Below are positions 21,068 to 30,283 of a stretch of DNA of 64,000 nucleotides, piece by piece. A program made the position numbers and the translations under genes. The notes beneath the pieces were generated by a model, which worked only from the letters and a program-made list of their open reading frames with translations, was not told the DNA's origin and ran no database searches. Origin of the DNA: a virus (taxonomy: Duplodnaviria > Caudoviricetes); the IMG/VR virus record IMGVR_UViG_3300010965_000001, positions 146,563 to 210,562 of that record, one strand, 5' to 3'. Each line of letters starts with the position of its first letter. The first letter of the stretch is position 1.

Positions 21068-22111
21068 TTAAAAACTTGACGTTTGACTTGGCATAGGATG
21101 ATATGGTTCTTCGTACTTCTGCTCCAACGCTTTTGCTACTTCAGTCTTTTCGACTTTTGGAGTCTCTATGATAGGTTCCAAAGGTGTGTCAATTATCTCC
21201 GACATGACATTTTTCGGTCTTTCAGGTGCCGAATCCTTCCAAAACTTGGTCAGAACCCCATCCCCCGTGGTTTGCACCGCAGGAACGGGCTCTAATTGCG
21301 TCTCAGGCGTGAAATTGGCAAAGATTTGACCTCTTTCTTCCCTGTCGGAAGTCATTGTAATCTTGTTAAATGCGATAATTAACGCAAGTGCAAGGGGGTC
21401 AAACACGATAATAAAGAGAATAATCAAATACTGAACTGCGGTTGTAACGGTGATGTCAAATGCTCGTGCTACGAAGATAATTGGACCGACATCTGAACCT
21501 GTATCAATCATTTTGACTTTTGCATCGGAAATTCCTTGTGAAAGATTTCCAATTTTTTGATTGTTAACAGTTATCTGCTTATCTTTGTCAGAAATTAATG
21601 CTTGATAACGTTTCTGTACGCCTGCTCTACGTTGAACATCGGAATACCGTGTCTCTTCTTTTATAACAAGACCATTTAATTCTTGTGCTAAATTGCTCTG
21701 ATAGTCCTTCTTCTCTAATTTAAGAGTTTCATTATCACTTTTAATTCGTGTAATTTCATCTTCTTGAAGGGTAAGCGTTGCAATTTCCTTTTCCAATCCT
21801 AATGTAGAACCTTGAAAGGCGTTACTTAAAAAGCCGTAGATACCAATACTTGTAATTAACATTAAGATAAGTAAAGCCGAAACCATATAAGACTTGAAGA
21901 GTAAACCTAAATCTTTCCAATATCGATACACATATGACGCAGTAATAACCTTTGCGAACTCAAGACTTGATGCCATGATTCCAACATAAATTGCCGCTCC
22001 TGCGAACAACTTTGTAAGTCCATATACACTAAAAAAGGTTGCACAAATTTCTACTATTGCAGCAGACGTTAATAACAATATTGGAAAGTATTTAGTTTTG
22101 ATATGAACCAT
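21068..22111 (-). CDS. Membrane protein with long coiled coil
   Basis: 347 aa; three N-terminal TM helices, coiled coil, C-terminal TM (IIVFDPLALALI). Confidence 0.75.
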   Translation of the reverse strand: MVHIKTKYFPILLLTSAAIVEICATFFSVYGLTKLFAGAAIYVGIMASSLEFAKVITASYVYRYWKDLGLLFKSYMVSALLILMLITSIGIYGFLSNAFQGSTLGLEKEIATLTLQEDEITRIKSDNETLKLEKKDYQSNLAQELNGLVIKEETRYSDVQRRAGVQKRYQALISDKDKQITVNNQKIGNLSQGISDAKVKMIDTGSDVGPIIFVARAFDITVTTAVQYLIILFIIVFDPLALALIIAFNKITMTSDREERGQIFANFTPETQLEPVPAVQTTGDGVLTKFWKDSAPERPKNVMSEIIDTPLEPIIETPKVEKTEVAKALEQKYEEPYHPMPSQTSSF

Positions 22112-22296
22112 TAAACGTTGTCACTTTCCAATTCCATTCGTTCAAGAATAAACTCAAGTGTCTTACCGATGTTTGCAGTAAGTTGAGCAAGTTCCTGTTG
22201 TGTTGCGGGCTTGTTGCCGAGCAATACTTGATGGACTGTTTCCGTGAGATTCAATGCGGCTTCTAATCGTGATACATATTCCTGTTTGTATTTCAT
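22111..22296 (-). CDS. Hypothetical protein
   Basis: 61 aa; GGA RBS. Confidence 0.6.
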   Translation of the reverse strand: MKYKQEYVSRLEAALNLTETVHQVLLGNKPATQQELAQLTANIGKTLEFILERMELESDNV

Positions 22297-22320
22297 AATA
22301 CTGTTCCTTTTAGTTTGTTA

Positions 22321-22899
22321 TTACCATTCTGGATGTGTTATATGGTTCCAGTACCATTGCCAAGTTCTGTCTTTTCTAAATGCAAAACTGTAATAAAACG
22401 TGAAAGTGAAACCTTCAACTGCGTACAAGAATACGTAGGACAATAAACCATATCCCCACTCCCTCGGTAAAATTAATGCCGCCATAACTGCAGTTGTTAC
22501 TGTTGCACTTATACATAACGTCCACATCCATTTACACCAATGCCAAAAATCACACTTGAAAGGATTTCCTGGTGGGAATTTGTAGTTACCACCTATGAAC
22601 CATTTTTCTGCTGGAGAGTATACACTGCTTTCCATTGTATAATCGGTCATTGTTAATTTGTTCGTCCAAAATTTGGATTGCTCAGGTGCGTCTTTTCTAA
22701 CAGTCTGTGCTCCATCAAACATTCCAAATAAGTGAGTCAATAATATTGGAAGAAGTACTACAAGTAAATTTGTGATGAAGTTGTAATCTACATATACACC
22801 AAAATACAATGTTAAAAACGTTTGGAATGTAGACAGTATAATTATTAAACATAATGCCAATGTGACAATAAATTTATATCTATAAACAGTGTTTAACAT
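22321..22899 (-). CDS. Hypothetical membrane protein
   Basis: 192 aa; four hydrophobic segments; AGGAG RBS. Confidence 0.65.
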   Translation of the reverse strand: MLNTVYRYKFIVTLALCLIIILSTFQTFLTLYFGVYVDYNFITNLLVVLLPILLTHLFGMFDGAQTVRKDAPEQSKFWTNKLTMTDYTMESSVYSPAEKWFIGGNYKFPPGNPFKCDFWHWCKWMWTLCISATVTTAVMAALILPREWGYGLLSYVFLYAVEGFTFTFYYSFAFRKDRTWQWYWNHITHPEW

Positions 22900-22906
22900 A
22901 TGTCTC

Positions 22907-23140
22907 CTAATTAATTGTAGTCTTTGTACCGTACATAAAATCGTAAATTGTATTTATCTGAGCCAACAACAATGGAAAATATTGTGGGTCATTTGATAAT
23001 AGATTTTCAACTGTTAATGCAAACACATCGTTCACGTTTTTATTTGTAATATTTGTATGTGTTATTTGTGGTATTGAATTATTCTTTTCCCATGTAAACG
23101 CGATGGTAGCATCGATATTGTCTTTTTTGATTTTTTTCAT
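22907..23140 (-). CDS. Hypothetical protein
   Basis: 77 aa ORF. Confidence 0.55.
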   Translation of the reverse strand: MKKIKKDNIDATIAFTWEKNNSIPQITHTNITNKNVNDVFALTVENLLSNDPQYFPLLLAQINTIYDFMYGTKTTIN

Positions 23141-23141
23141 A

Positions 23142-23378
23142 TCATTTTATGAATCTAAGTGGAAACCAAAAACAACGATTGTTTGGTATTATATGAATCT
23201 TATATACAATTCTATGTTGTAAAAACCAAATTGAAAATAAATACGTCTTGAAATTTGGTATATTCTTTATCTTTGCATAACTAAATGCAGGTAAAAGATA
23301 CACATTGTATTCACAGGAATTATATTCAATCTTTTCCATTACATATTTTATCACCATTATATGTTTTAATCTTCTCAC
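23142..23378 (-). CDS. Hypothetical protein (start uncertain)
   Basis: ORF fills the gap between neighbours. Confidence 0.4.
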   Translation of the reverse strand: MRRLKHIMVIKYVMEKIEYNSCEYNVYLLPAFSYAKIKNIPNFKTYLFSIWFLQHRIVYKIHIIPNNRCFWFPLRFIK

Positions 23379-23399
23379 TCATACTACCTCATCTATGTG

Positions 23400-23600
23400 C
23401 TACATTTTTGGGATAATTGTTTCGATGACTTCTTGTGCTTCTGGTATTTTATAACAAAAATGATACACTACATCATTCTTCACCACAATATCATAATCAT
23501 ACTCTTTTCTAATAGCAATGCTATCTTCTTCCGTAATGATATTTGTAGGGCGAGAATATGCTACATAATACTTCTCACCATTCAAATCAATAAACTGCAT
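23400..23600 (-). CDS. Hypothetical protein
   Basis: 66 aa; GGAGG RBS; TATTTATA upstream. Confidence 0.65.
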   Translation of the reverse strand: MQFIDLNGEKYYVAYSRPTNIITEEDSIAIRKEYDYDIVVKNDVVYHFCYKIPEAQEVIETIIPKM

Positions 23601-23612
23601 ATATCCTCCAAA

Positions 23613-23644
23613 TAAAAAGGGAGAAGCAGTGATGCGTTCTCCCT
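23613..23644 (-). terminator. Intrinsic terminator
   Basis: GGGAGAA/TTCTCCC hairpin followed by a T run on the minus strand. Confidence 0.65.
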
Positions 23645-23668
23645 TATAAATATAACGAATTGTTTGTT

Positions 23669-23800
23669 TTATGCGTCAAAAACATTGTCTAACCAGTCAT
23701 AATTAACTTTTTTTGGCGAATTAATATAATAAGCCATTACAAGTACTATGACGATTGGACATATGATTGTGGCGATAACTATTGCCGATATTTTTTTCAT
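23669..23800 (-). CDS. Small membrane peptide
   Basis: 43 aa, MKKISAIVIATIICPIVIVLVMAYY...; begins just after the tmRNA 3' end. Confidence 0.5.
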   Translation of the reverse strand: MKKISAIVIATIICPIVIVLVMAYYINSPKKVNYDWLDNVFDA

Positions 23801-23810
23801 AAGTTGCCTC

Positions 23811-24193
23811 GGTGGACTAGGAGGGGTTCGAACCCTCGTGTTGAACAAACACCAATTAAAAGACTACATGCTTAGTTTGATTCTGCGGAACGTCATAAAC
23901 TTGTAAGAATCTAACAAGATACAAGAAAATCTATTCTGCTTTTGAATGGTACAGATAAACCATTTGTATCTACAACGTCTTATTTTTTGTTCTGACTAAG
24001 GTAAATAAGAACCTTAGGCTGCGTACGCGTATTCGGCGTTCACTGCTTCACCCATGATGAACGCCATAGCATCATCAAATGTGAATGAAGATTTCTCTTC
24101 TGCGTTTATTTGTTTTGCACCTTTTAAAGAGTTTATTGCTCCCTCTGCATGCCTTCTAATCTATACTTATCCAGTCGATTCCATATCTAGCCC
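23811..24193 (-). ncRNA. ssrA: tmRNA
   Basis: 5' GGGCTAG pairs with 3' CTAGTCC-A (G3:U70); T arm GAGGG-TTCGAAC-CCCTC; resume context AATAAAC-GCA; tag ORF 24014-24103 ends YAYAA*. Confidence 0.95.
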
Positions 24194-24202
24194 AAACCGC
24201 TG

Positions 24203-24514
24203 TTAGACGATTTCTTCACCAATAAGTGTTGCTGTAAGACCTGTTGCTGCAGTTAAGACGGTTGGTAATACAATGTCTTTAACCTTGATTTCAAGTGCAA
24301 CTGAATACACTGTTGACTGTCCATCAGCCTTTGAACCAATTCTAACTAATACAGATGCCAACGTTGCATCAAACAATACAATATTGTCTGCAACATCTTT
24401 TAACATATCATCAAATACAACTGAATACGTTACACCACCATCAATTGACTGTTCAAGAACCTGTGTATCATTTCCACCAGGAATCCATGCAATATTAAAC
24501 TTTTTCATCAACAT
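24203..24514 (-). CDS. Hypothetical beta-rich protein
   Basis: Start moved to MLMKKF (GGAGG RBS); TATTTATA upstream. Confidence 0.6.
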   Translation of the reverse strand: MLMKKFNIAWIPGGNDTQVLEQSIDGGVTYSVVFDDMLKDVADNIVLFDATLASVLVRIGSKADGQSTVYSVALEIKVKDIVLPTVLTAATGLTATLIGEEIV

Positions 24515-24657
24515 AATAATTATCCTCCACAATAATCTAATTAAGTAATATAAGAATTTTATAACTGTTTTCATGTCTATAAATATCAACTTAAAATTAT
24601 TTAATGGCTTCGCACAGCAAAGAACGCTGTGTTTATTTTTCAATTATTTAATAACTC

Positions 24658-24908
24658 TTTACAGCCTAAAAGCCATTCTTCACCCTTGAAGGGAATAATT
24701 TTGATTGTGCCTTATCAACGTAAGGGGTTTCGACCGTTGAGTTTACATCAAATCTTTCGGTAGACAACGATAACTTATCTTATATACTAAGACTACAAAC
24801 CGTTTGTGGCGTCACAGTTACGAATAACTTCTACCTCTTCACAATGCCTTCGCATTCACCTTACGGTGCCTCCATTTTTACGCTCTTGGTGCGTTCACTG
24901 TGTGCTCT
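24658..24908 (-). ncRNA. Unassigned structured RNA, ~250 nt
   Basis: Closing TACAG/CTGTA, inner CACAG/CTGTG; hairpins CACC-GTAA-GGTG, AATGC-GAAG-GCATT, AGTTA-TTCG-TAACT, TCAACG/CGTTGA. Confidence 0.55.
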
Positions 24909-24911
24909 GTA

Positions 24912-25115
24912 TTACGATTGTGGGTGGTCTTTATACCAATCTGCTTCTGACTTTTCAAACCATTCTTGTGCCATTCTGTCAAATTCTTCCCTAGAAATCG
25001 GAGGAGAGTTTTCTCCATCCAACGATTCAATTAAAATTTGTTCAATCTCTTCTTTTGTAAAATGTGGTCTATCTTTCCATTCAATTGTATGTACCTTCAT
25101 TCTCATCTTGACCAT
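24912..25115 (-). CDS. Hypothetical protein
   Basis: 67 aa; overlaps thyX stop. Confidence 0.55.
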   Translation of the reverse strand: MVKMRMKVHTIEWKDRPHFTKEEIEQILIESLDGENSPPISREEFDRMAQEWFEKSEADWYKDHPQS

Positions 25116-25768
25116 CCCATTGCTTTTGCAATATCGGGAAACTGTTCATTGAATATAACCATTATTTGTTTTGCGATTTCTGTATGTTCAAGTTGTGTGC
25201 CGTGTTCCATTCTCAAATCAAGATAGTGTATCCAACTCCGTGCGCTTCCCGTCATATACATCGTTGTGGCTAAGTTCGTGGGTAAAAGGAATCTCGCACA
25301 TTCTTTTGCGATACCCTTATCAAGTGCATTTTGATACTTGTCAAATGCTACATTCCAAACTGTTTCCTGTGCATCTAAGAACCATTGTTTAGTAGCATCA
25401 TCCAAATCATCGACACTATTCTGTCGATTCTTTTCATCTTGTCGCCTTGCTTGTTGTGGGAGATAGTTAGTCATTTTTGCATAACGACCAGAAAATTTTT
25501 GGAAGGTAAAGGAGCGGTGACGGAGCATCTGCTCTGCGATAGGCATCGTTGTGGTAATTTCCACCGTCATAAATGCGTGTTCAAAGATTGACCAATGATT
25601 GTGTTGAATACAATAACGGAGCAACCCCGAGACAGTATCAAAATTCATTTGATTACTTGGATTACTTACTCTTGCTACAAAGCCAGTAACTTCTTGGGCA
25701 CTCTTATTAATCAAATCTCCAGCCCCTTGTGTGATACTAACTAATTTAGTAGTTGGTTGCTCTGTCAT
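25103..25768 (-). CDS. thyX: FAD-dependent thymidylate synthase
   Basis: HWSIFEH, RHRSFTFQKFSGRY, ARFLLP; start moved to MTEQP (GGAGG RBS). Confidence 0.95.
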   Translation of the reverse strand: MTEQPTTKLVSITQGAGDLINKSAQEVTGFVARVSNPSNQMNFDTVSGLLRYCIQHNHWSIFEHAFMTVEITTTMPIAEQMLRHRSFTFQKFSGRYAKMTNYLPQQARRQDEKNRQNSVDDLDDATKQWFLDAQETVWNVAFDKYQNALDKGIAKECARFLLPTNLATTMYMTGSARSWIHYLDLRMEHGTQLEHTEIAKQIMVIFNEQFPDIAKAMGWSR

Positions 25769-26033
25769 ACGCCTCCGTCCAATCTTTATCTTCAACAAAA
25801 TAGTTATCTAACAAGTACGAACAGAGTAAAAGTAAATCCTCTGGTTTTTCTGGAAGAATTAACCAACCAGCACACCATTCGTCTGCTGAGTATTCACGGT
25901 ATGCGAATTGTATATCAAGGTCATCCACTACCGCATTGAGTTCATTAAATCCTACACGGAATCGCTCAACATCATCGGGATAGTCAATCATTGTAGGAGT
26001 ATTTTTTAATCTATATTTCTTAATTAATCCCAT
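25746..26033 (-). CDS. Hypothetical protein
   Basis: 95 aa; YS.DEWCAGWL. Confidence 0.55.
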   Translation of the reverse strand: MGLIKKYRLKNTPTMIDYPDDVERFRVGFNELNAVVDDLDIQFAYREYSADEWCAGWLILPEKPEDLLLLCSYLLDNYFVEDKDWTEAYDRATNY

Positions 26034-26632
26034 AAGTTATCCCACACATCAATGATTCGTTTCATTCGTTTCTTAATATTGTTATGGATAACAAGTTCAT
26101 CATCCCAAAACTTTTTGTATACGTCACGGGGAAGTTTGTATTTAGGATTGTTCAAATAATCAGTAAACTTTCCCAACTCACCACTTGCGACTTCTTGCCA
26201 CGTAGGAATATTGTGTTGTTTATGTAGTACATCCAATCGAGCGTGAGAATTATCATCGTAATTCTTATAATCATCAAATGCCTTAATGATTTCATCCAAC
26301 TCAGTCTGCCATTCCTGTAAGGAATTAAACTGACATGGATGCCCCATTGGATTACTGCGCAATTTCGTAACAGAACCGATTATAACGTCTGTCAAATAAC
26401 TGTTCAATCCCCAAACATCATTGTCTGCGAAACCATATTTGATACGTTGATAGGGATACTTGAAATGGCACCGCACCCAATAATGGATGTTGTGATAGTT
26501 GTCTTTGAAATATTTAGAAATGATACCAAAACCTTTTGGTTCCACATAACGATGAATCTCTTTGTCTATCAATTGAAGTTCTTCATCAGACCATTCGACA
26601 GGTTTCTCAAACAATTCAAGTTGTTCACCCAT
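26024..26632 (-). CDS. Hypothetical protein
   Basis: 202 aa ORF. Confidence 0.7.
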   Translation of the reverse strand: MGEQLELFEKPVEWSDEELQLIDKEIHRYVEPKGFGIISKYFKDNYHNIHYWVRCHFKYPYQRIKYGFADNDVWGLNSYLTDVIIGSVTKLRSNPMGHPCQFNSLQEWQTELDEIIKAFDDYKNYDDNSHARLDVLHKQHNIPTWQEVASGELGKFTDYLNNPKYKLPRDVYKKFWDDELVIHNNIKKRMKRIIDVWDNLWD

Positions 26633-26652
26633 GATAATAACCTTTATAAAAT

Positions 26653-26729
26653 TGGAGCGAGCCGAAGGAATTGAACCTCCATCCTCATGCTGGATTTAGC
26701 ATGCCATCTTAACATTAGACGAAGCCCGC
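26653..26729 (-). tRNA. tRNA-Gly-like with aberrant anticodon loop
   Basis: GCGGGCT/GGCTCGC, U73, encoded CCA; anticodon arm CATGC-TAAATCCA-GCATG. Confidence 0.7.
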
Positions 26730-26744
26730 ATATGTAACTGTAAT

Positions 26745-26773
26745 AATATACAAAATAAATCAATCAATGTCAA
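26745..26773 (-). promoter_or_regulatory. Sigma70-type promoter
   Basis: TTGACA-N17-TATATT. Confidence 0.8.
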
Positions 26774-27005
26774 GTCGTTTTTTTAATTCAAGAACTTGTT
26801 CTTCCAACCAAACAGTGTAGTCGTAGATATACCAAAAATCATATCCGTCCGTTTCAATTATATTTGAAAATCCTTCATGGACACGATTACCAAATAATTT
26901 ACGATTGACATGTGTTAATCCTTCTTCACGTAACCGTTCAACATCAGTCATCATCTTCATCACCGTCACCGTTGATTCCCTGTACACCAATGGAGTAAAA
27001 TTCAC
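26760..27005 (-). CDS. Hypothetical protein (true start probably further downstream)
   Basis: ORF overlapping neighbour stop. Confidence 0.5.
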   Translation of the reverse strand: MNFTPLVYRESTVTVMKMMTDVERLREEGLTHVNRKLFGNRVHEGFSNIIETDGYDFWYIYDYTVWLEEQVLELKKRLDID

Positions 27006-27258
27006 CGTTGTTTACATCAAACACGACACCACCTGCATTAGCACCCTTACCGAAATTTTTCCGTACATAATTTTCGAAGGACGCCCATGCCTCATTTGCA
27101 ATCTTCATAGCGTCTTCACTGTTAAGGTCAAAATATTTGGAGAATGTTTCGGATTTGTAAAGGGAAATGAGAAGTAATCCCTTTGGGGTCAGTGTATACT
27201 TTGGTTCTTCTGCGGGTTCACCGTCTGTCGGTTCCACATAATCATCATCTAAGTTCAT
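26944..27258 (-). CDS. Hypothetical acidic protein
   Basis: Start moved to MNLDDD (AAAGGAG RBS). Confidence 0.65.
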   Translation of the reverse strand: MNLDDDYVEPTDGEPAEEPKYTLTPKGLLLISLYKSETFSKYFDLNSEDAMKIANEAWASFENYVRKNFGKGANAGGVVFDVNNGEFYSIGVQGINGDGDEDDD

Positions 27259-27280
27259 CGTAACTCCTTTTGTTTGTAAA

Positions 27281-27358
27281 TGGTATCCCGAATAGGATTT
27301 GAACCTACATTCTCCAATTATGCACCTATCGTTTAGGAAACGCGGCCAATATCGGGAC
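27281..27358 (-). tRNA. Rewired tRNA-Arg(CCU)
   Basis: GTCCCGA/TCGGGAT-A-CCA; loop TTCCTAA; D-loop-like TAATTGGA lies after the anticodon arm; canonical T arm. Confidence 0.75.
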
Positions 27359-27429
27359 ATTTTATTAAATGTACTGTCTTTCTGATTCGAAAATTAAAAT
27401 TCATTATACTTATATTAAAGGAGAATATT

Positions 27430-28056
27430 ATGAAAATTAATTGTGCATATTGTGGTAAAGAAACTGATAAACGCCCATGTAGAGCAAAGGTTGAAAATAA
27501 TTGTTGCTCTATTCAATGTAAACATTTATTAATGACAACTAAATTGTTAGTTCATTGCTTACATTGTAATTTTGAATTTTATAAAAAACAATCCGAAATA
27601 AAAAAATCTAATAAACATTTCTGTAGTAAATCGTGTGCTGCAAGTTATAACAATACACACAAAACCAAAGGAAATCGAAGGTCTAAACTTGAGTCATGGA
27701 TTCAATCTAAATTAACTGAAATATATCCAAATTTAGAAATCCACTACAATCGAACTGACACAATTGATGCTGAACTTGACATCTATATTCCATCATTAAA
27801 ACTTGCATTTGAATTAAATGGAATTTTTCATTATGAACCAATTTACAGTCAATCTAAATTAGAACGAACCAAAATGAATGATTCCAAGAAATTCGTAGCA
27901 TGTCATCAGCATGACATTGGATTTTGTGTAATAGATACATCAAAACAAAAATATTTTAAAGAACAAACTTCATTGCAATATCTGAAAATAATTACAGATA
28001 TAATCAGTAGGCACGGAGAGACTCGAACTCTCATGGTTTTACCCGCAACGGTCTAA
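27430..28056 (+). mobile_element. Free-standing Vsr/DUF559-like PD-(D/E)XK endonuclease with Zn-binding N-terminus (copy 1)
   Basis: CxxC clusters; ELDIYIPSLKLAFELNGIFHY; antisense to array; C-terminus overlaps tRNA-Leu. Confidence 0.7.
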
Positions 28057-28092
28057 ACGTTGTGCGTCTATGTCCAATTTCGCCACGCGCCC
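28008..28092 (-). tRNA. tRNA-Leu(UAG)
   Basis: Cloverleaf; CAACG-TTTAGAC-CGTTG; variable arm. Confidence 0.92.
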
Positions 28093-28097
28093 ATACA

Positions 28098-28451
28098 TTA
28101 CTTATAATCGAACGGAATCCTGAGACTTCTAATTCCAGCATCATCGAAGGTGTGTTGCATACTTTGCGCTCCGACGGGATTAAAACTGTGAATGATGATT
28201 CTCTTAGGGAGTTTATCAGCAGGCAACGTAGTGATGAATTTAGCAACTTCGTGTCCACTCACCTCATCACTTGGGCAATACACATTCCCACCTAAGTCAT
28301 GGTCAAGAGAAACCAAATCGAACGGAGAATGCTCAGTTAACACTTTTATTGCATCTTCCGCTGTCTCCGCTTCAAACCATTCACAACCAATAAAATTTGG
28401 TTTTGCCTTTTTAAGACGAATTTTATCATCGTCCAAGAAAAATACTTTCAT
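28098..28451 (-). CDS. Cyclic-phosphate-processing receiver domain protein
   Basis: 117 aa; FLDDD, SLDHDLG, G.EVAKFI, IIHSFNPVG. Confidence 0.75.
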   Translation of the reverse strand: MKVFFLDDDKIRLKKAKPNFIGCEWFEAETAEDAIKVLTEHSPFDLVSLDHDLGGNVYCPSDEVSGHEVAKFITTLPADKLPKRIIIHSFNPVGAQSMQHTFDDAGIRSLRIPFDYK

Positions 28452-28546
28452 TGTTTATTATTTCTCCTATTCCGCCTAACAAGATAGTCGATACCTAAAA
28501 ATATACAAATAGTTCCAACAAACAATAAAACCGTCATATAACCTCC

Positions 28547-29023
28547 TCAACGTTCTTTATTCAAAATGTATTTTGCTTTGTAACAATTCCGTGGTGTTAA
28601 ACCACTAAATCCATCCACATGAATGAAGTTGTATTGTTGCCAAAGTAACATATCCGAATCATCATCAAAAATTACATACGTGTCAAATTCAGAGTCTCTT
28701 TTACCAAGTAATGCAAAATTATCTTGAATCCATACACGTATTTCGTTTCCACGAACTGTTCCACGTCCAAGAAAAGGTGTGTAGTCAATTATCTCACCCA
28801 CAAATCCAGCCTCTGCAAACAACTCACACAATCTGTCAATTGCAGTGCTTCGTCTCCACGATGAACTAATTACAATCTTACAATCCGTATCTTTTACAAG
28901 TTCATTGAGTAATTTAATACACCGTGGGTCTAAAGGATACCGTGTATTATCACTCTTTGGATTGGTTTGGCTGAACAGTTCACTATTAAGAACACCGTCA
29001 ATATCTAAGAATACAATTTTCAT
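28547..29023 (-). CDS. HAD-family phosphatase (RNA-repair 'Swiss army knife' type)
   Basis: 158 aa; FLDIDGVLN, IVISSSWR, IFDDDSDM. Confidence 0.8.
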   Translation of the reverse strand: MKIVFLDIDGVLNSELFSQTNPKSDNTRYPLDPRCIKLLNELVKDTDCKIVISSSWRRSTAIDRLCELFAEAGFVGEIIDYTPFLGRGTVRGNEIRVWIQDNFALLGKRDSEFDTYVIFDDDSDMLLWQQYNFIHVDGFSGLTPRNCYKAKYILNKER

Positions 29024-29042
29024 AGTAACCCTTTTTTGTTTG

Positions 29043-29117
29043 TAGCGTTCGTGGGATTCGAACCCACACGTAAGTAATTTTTGAGACTACATCCTCTGCC
29101 AGTTGGGATAGAACGCC
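29043..29117 (-). tRNA. tRNA-Leu(CAA) with short variable loop
   Basis: GTAGT-CTCAAAA-ATTAC; variable region only about 6 nt. Confidence 0.85.
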
Positions 29118-29352
29118 ATAAATTCTTCCATATACTAATGTGTTGCTCCGCACCGATTTCTACCCGACGAACGGCGAGACTCCTATAGAATACACCGTGA
29201 GACAGCAGGTGTTGACAGCCAAGCTCTCTGTCTTTATTGTCGTGTTTCGTTAGTATATGGAAGAATAAAATCACCTCTATGTGAACTCACTCATTTCAGA
29301 GATTTCTGATTCACTTTCAATCTTTTACTTTCGCAGTCAGATTAGAGGTTAG

Positions 29353-29438
29353 TAGGGATGGTCGGGGTCGAACCGACACGGTTGTTTAGACCTCCAGATT
29401 TTAAGTCTGGTGCGTGCTACCAATTTCGCCACACCCCC
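29353..29438 (-). tRNA. tRNA-Leu(UAA)
   Basis: CCAGA-CTTAAAA-TCTGG; variable arm. Confidence 0.93.
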
Positions 29439-29581
29439 ATAAAAAGTTGATAATTTAAATTTAAGGTTGAAACCCAACTGCGTCCGCGCTCGAAGTCATT
29501 CACAGTGGTCAATATCCGCCCGCTCTATTTACTTTTTTCCAGAGTCAGTCTCGCGGGTTGGCTGAAATTATCACACTTTTG

Positions 29582-29655
29582 TACACTTATCGGGATTTGA
29601 ACCCGATTTGCCTTCTTGAGAGGAAGGTATCCTAACTCATATAGATGATAAGTGC
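29582..29655 (-). tRNA. tRNA-Glu(CUC)
   Basis: CCTTC-CTCTCAA-GAAGG. Confidence 0.9.
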
Positions 29656-29659
29656 ATGG

Positions 29660-30079
29660 TTATATACACCATACGTATGGTAAATTGTCTGGAACATCTG
29701 TAAATTTACTTGAATAAAAACTATAATCCTTACGCAACAGATTTGATTGATGTGAACGATGAAAATCTTCTCTACCTAACCACTTTGGACGTTCGATTTC
29801 ACTAAATATCCTATCTCCGAGTTCTGCCAAAAAGAAGTCACGTTGAGTATCTTTGTAACCTCTCATTCTCCATTCTGTGCACATTTCGAATCCGTACAAC
29901 AACAACGCATCTTCATAACCTTTCCACATTTTAACCGCAGGGTGATTCTTCCATCCGTATTCATCCTTAGTCAATGCGAAGTAAATCTGCTTTGCTTCCA
30001 CTCGTTGCTTACCCAGTCTACGATAATCCAAAGACTTTGCAGATTGTGCGAAGTTTGGAAAAGGTAAGAAGGTTTGCAT
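29660..30079 (-). CDS. MSMEG_6728-family / pyrimidine-dimer glycosylase-like protein
   Basis: MQTFLP...LD..RLGKQRVE..QI, W.NHPAV.MW.GY, H.SHQSNLLRKD. Confidence 0.75.
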   Translation of the reverse strand: MQTFLPFPNFAQSAKSLDYRRLGKQRVEAKQIYFALTKDEYGWKNHPAVKMWKGYEDALLLYGFEMCTEWRMRGYKDTQRDFFLAELGDRIFSEIERPKWLGREDFHRSHQSNLLRKDYSFYSSKFTDVPDNLPYVWCI

Positions 30080-30199
30080 ATTAAATATCTCCCTTTTCAG
30101 ATTTGCCGTATTTAATAAAACAAACAATGCCGACGATTACTGCAATGGATGTTATCGTACCCAAAAATGATTTCCATAGTATAACCTTTTATTGTATAG

Positions 30200-30271
30200 T
30201 ATTCTCAGTTGGAATCGAACCAACATTAGAGGTTTAGAAGACCGCTGTCCTATCCGTTGAACGATGAGAAC
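30200..30271 (-). tRNA. tRNA-Arg(UCU)
   Basis: Loop CTTCTAA; D loop AACGGATA with A20. Confidence 0.9.
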
Positions 30272-30283
30272 ATATTATTTCAG

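Noticed and set aside
24611-24640. Hairpin CACAGC/GCTGTG as part of the 250-nt RNA
   Set aside because: It lies outside the closing helix, and its T run is on the plus strand, so it is better explained as an antisense terminator.
24658-24908. RNase P RNA or group I intron
   Set aside because: No GAGGAAAGUCC / P4 signature and no convincing P7 pair; no interrupted host gene.
29145-29224. tRNA-like element (GCTTGGC/GCGGAGC ends, ACACC/GGTGT hairpin)
   Set aside because: No T arm, D arm or valid anticodon loop; too few helices to support a call.
29274-29348. Hammerhead ribozyme
   Set aside because: The core reads CTGACTG rather than CTGANGA and lacks the A15.1-U16.1 pair.
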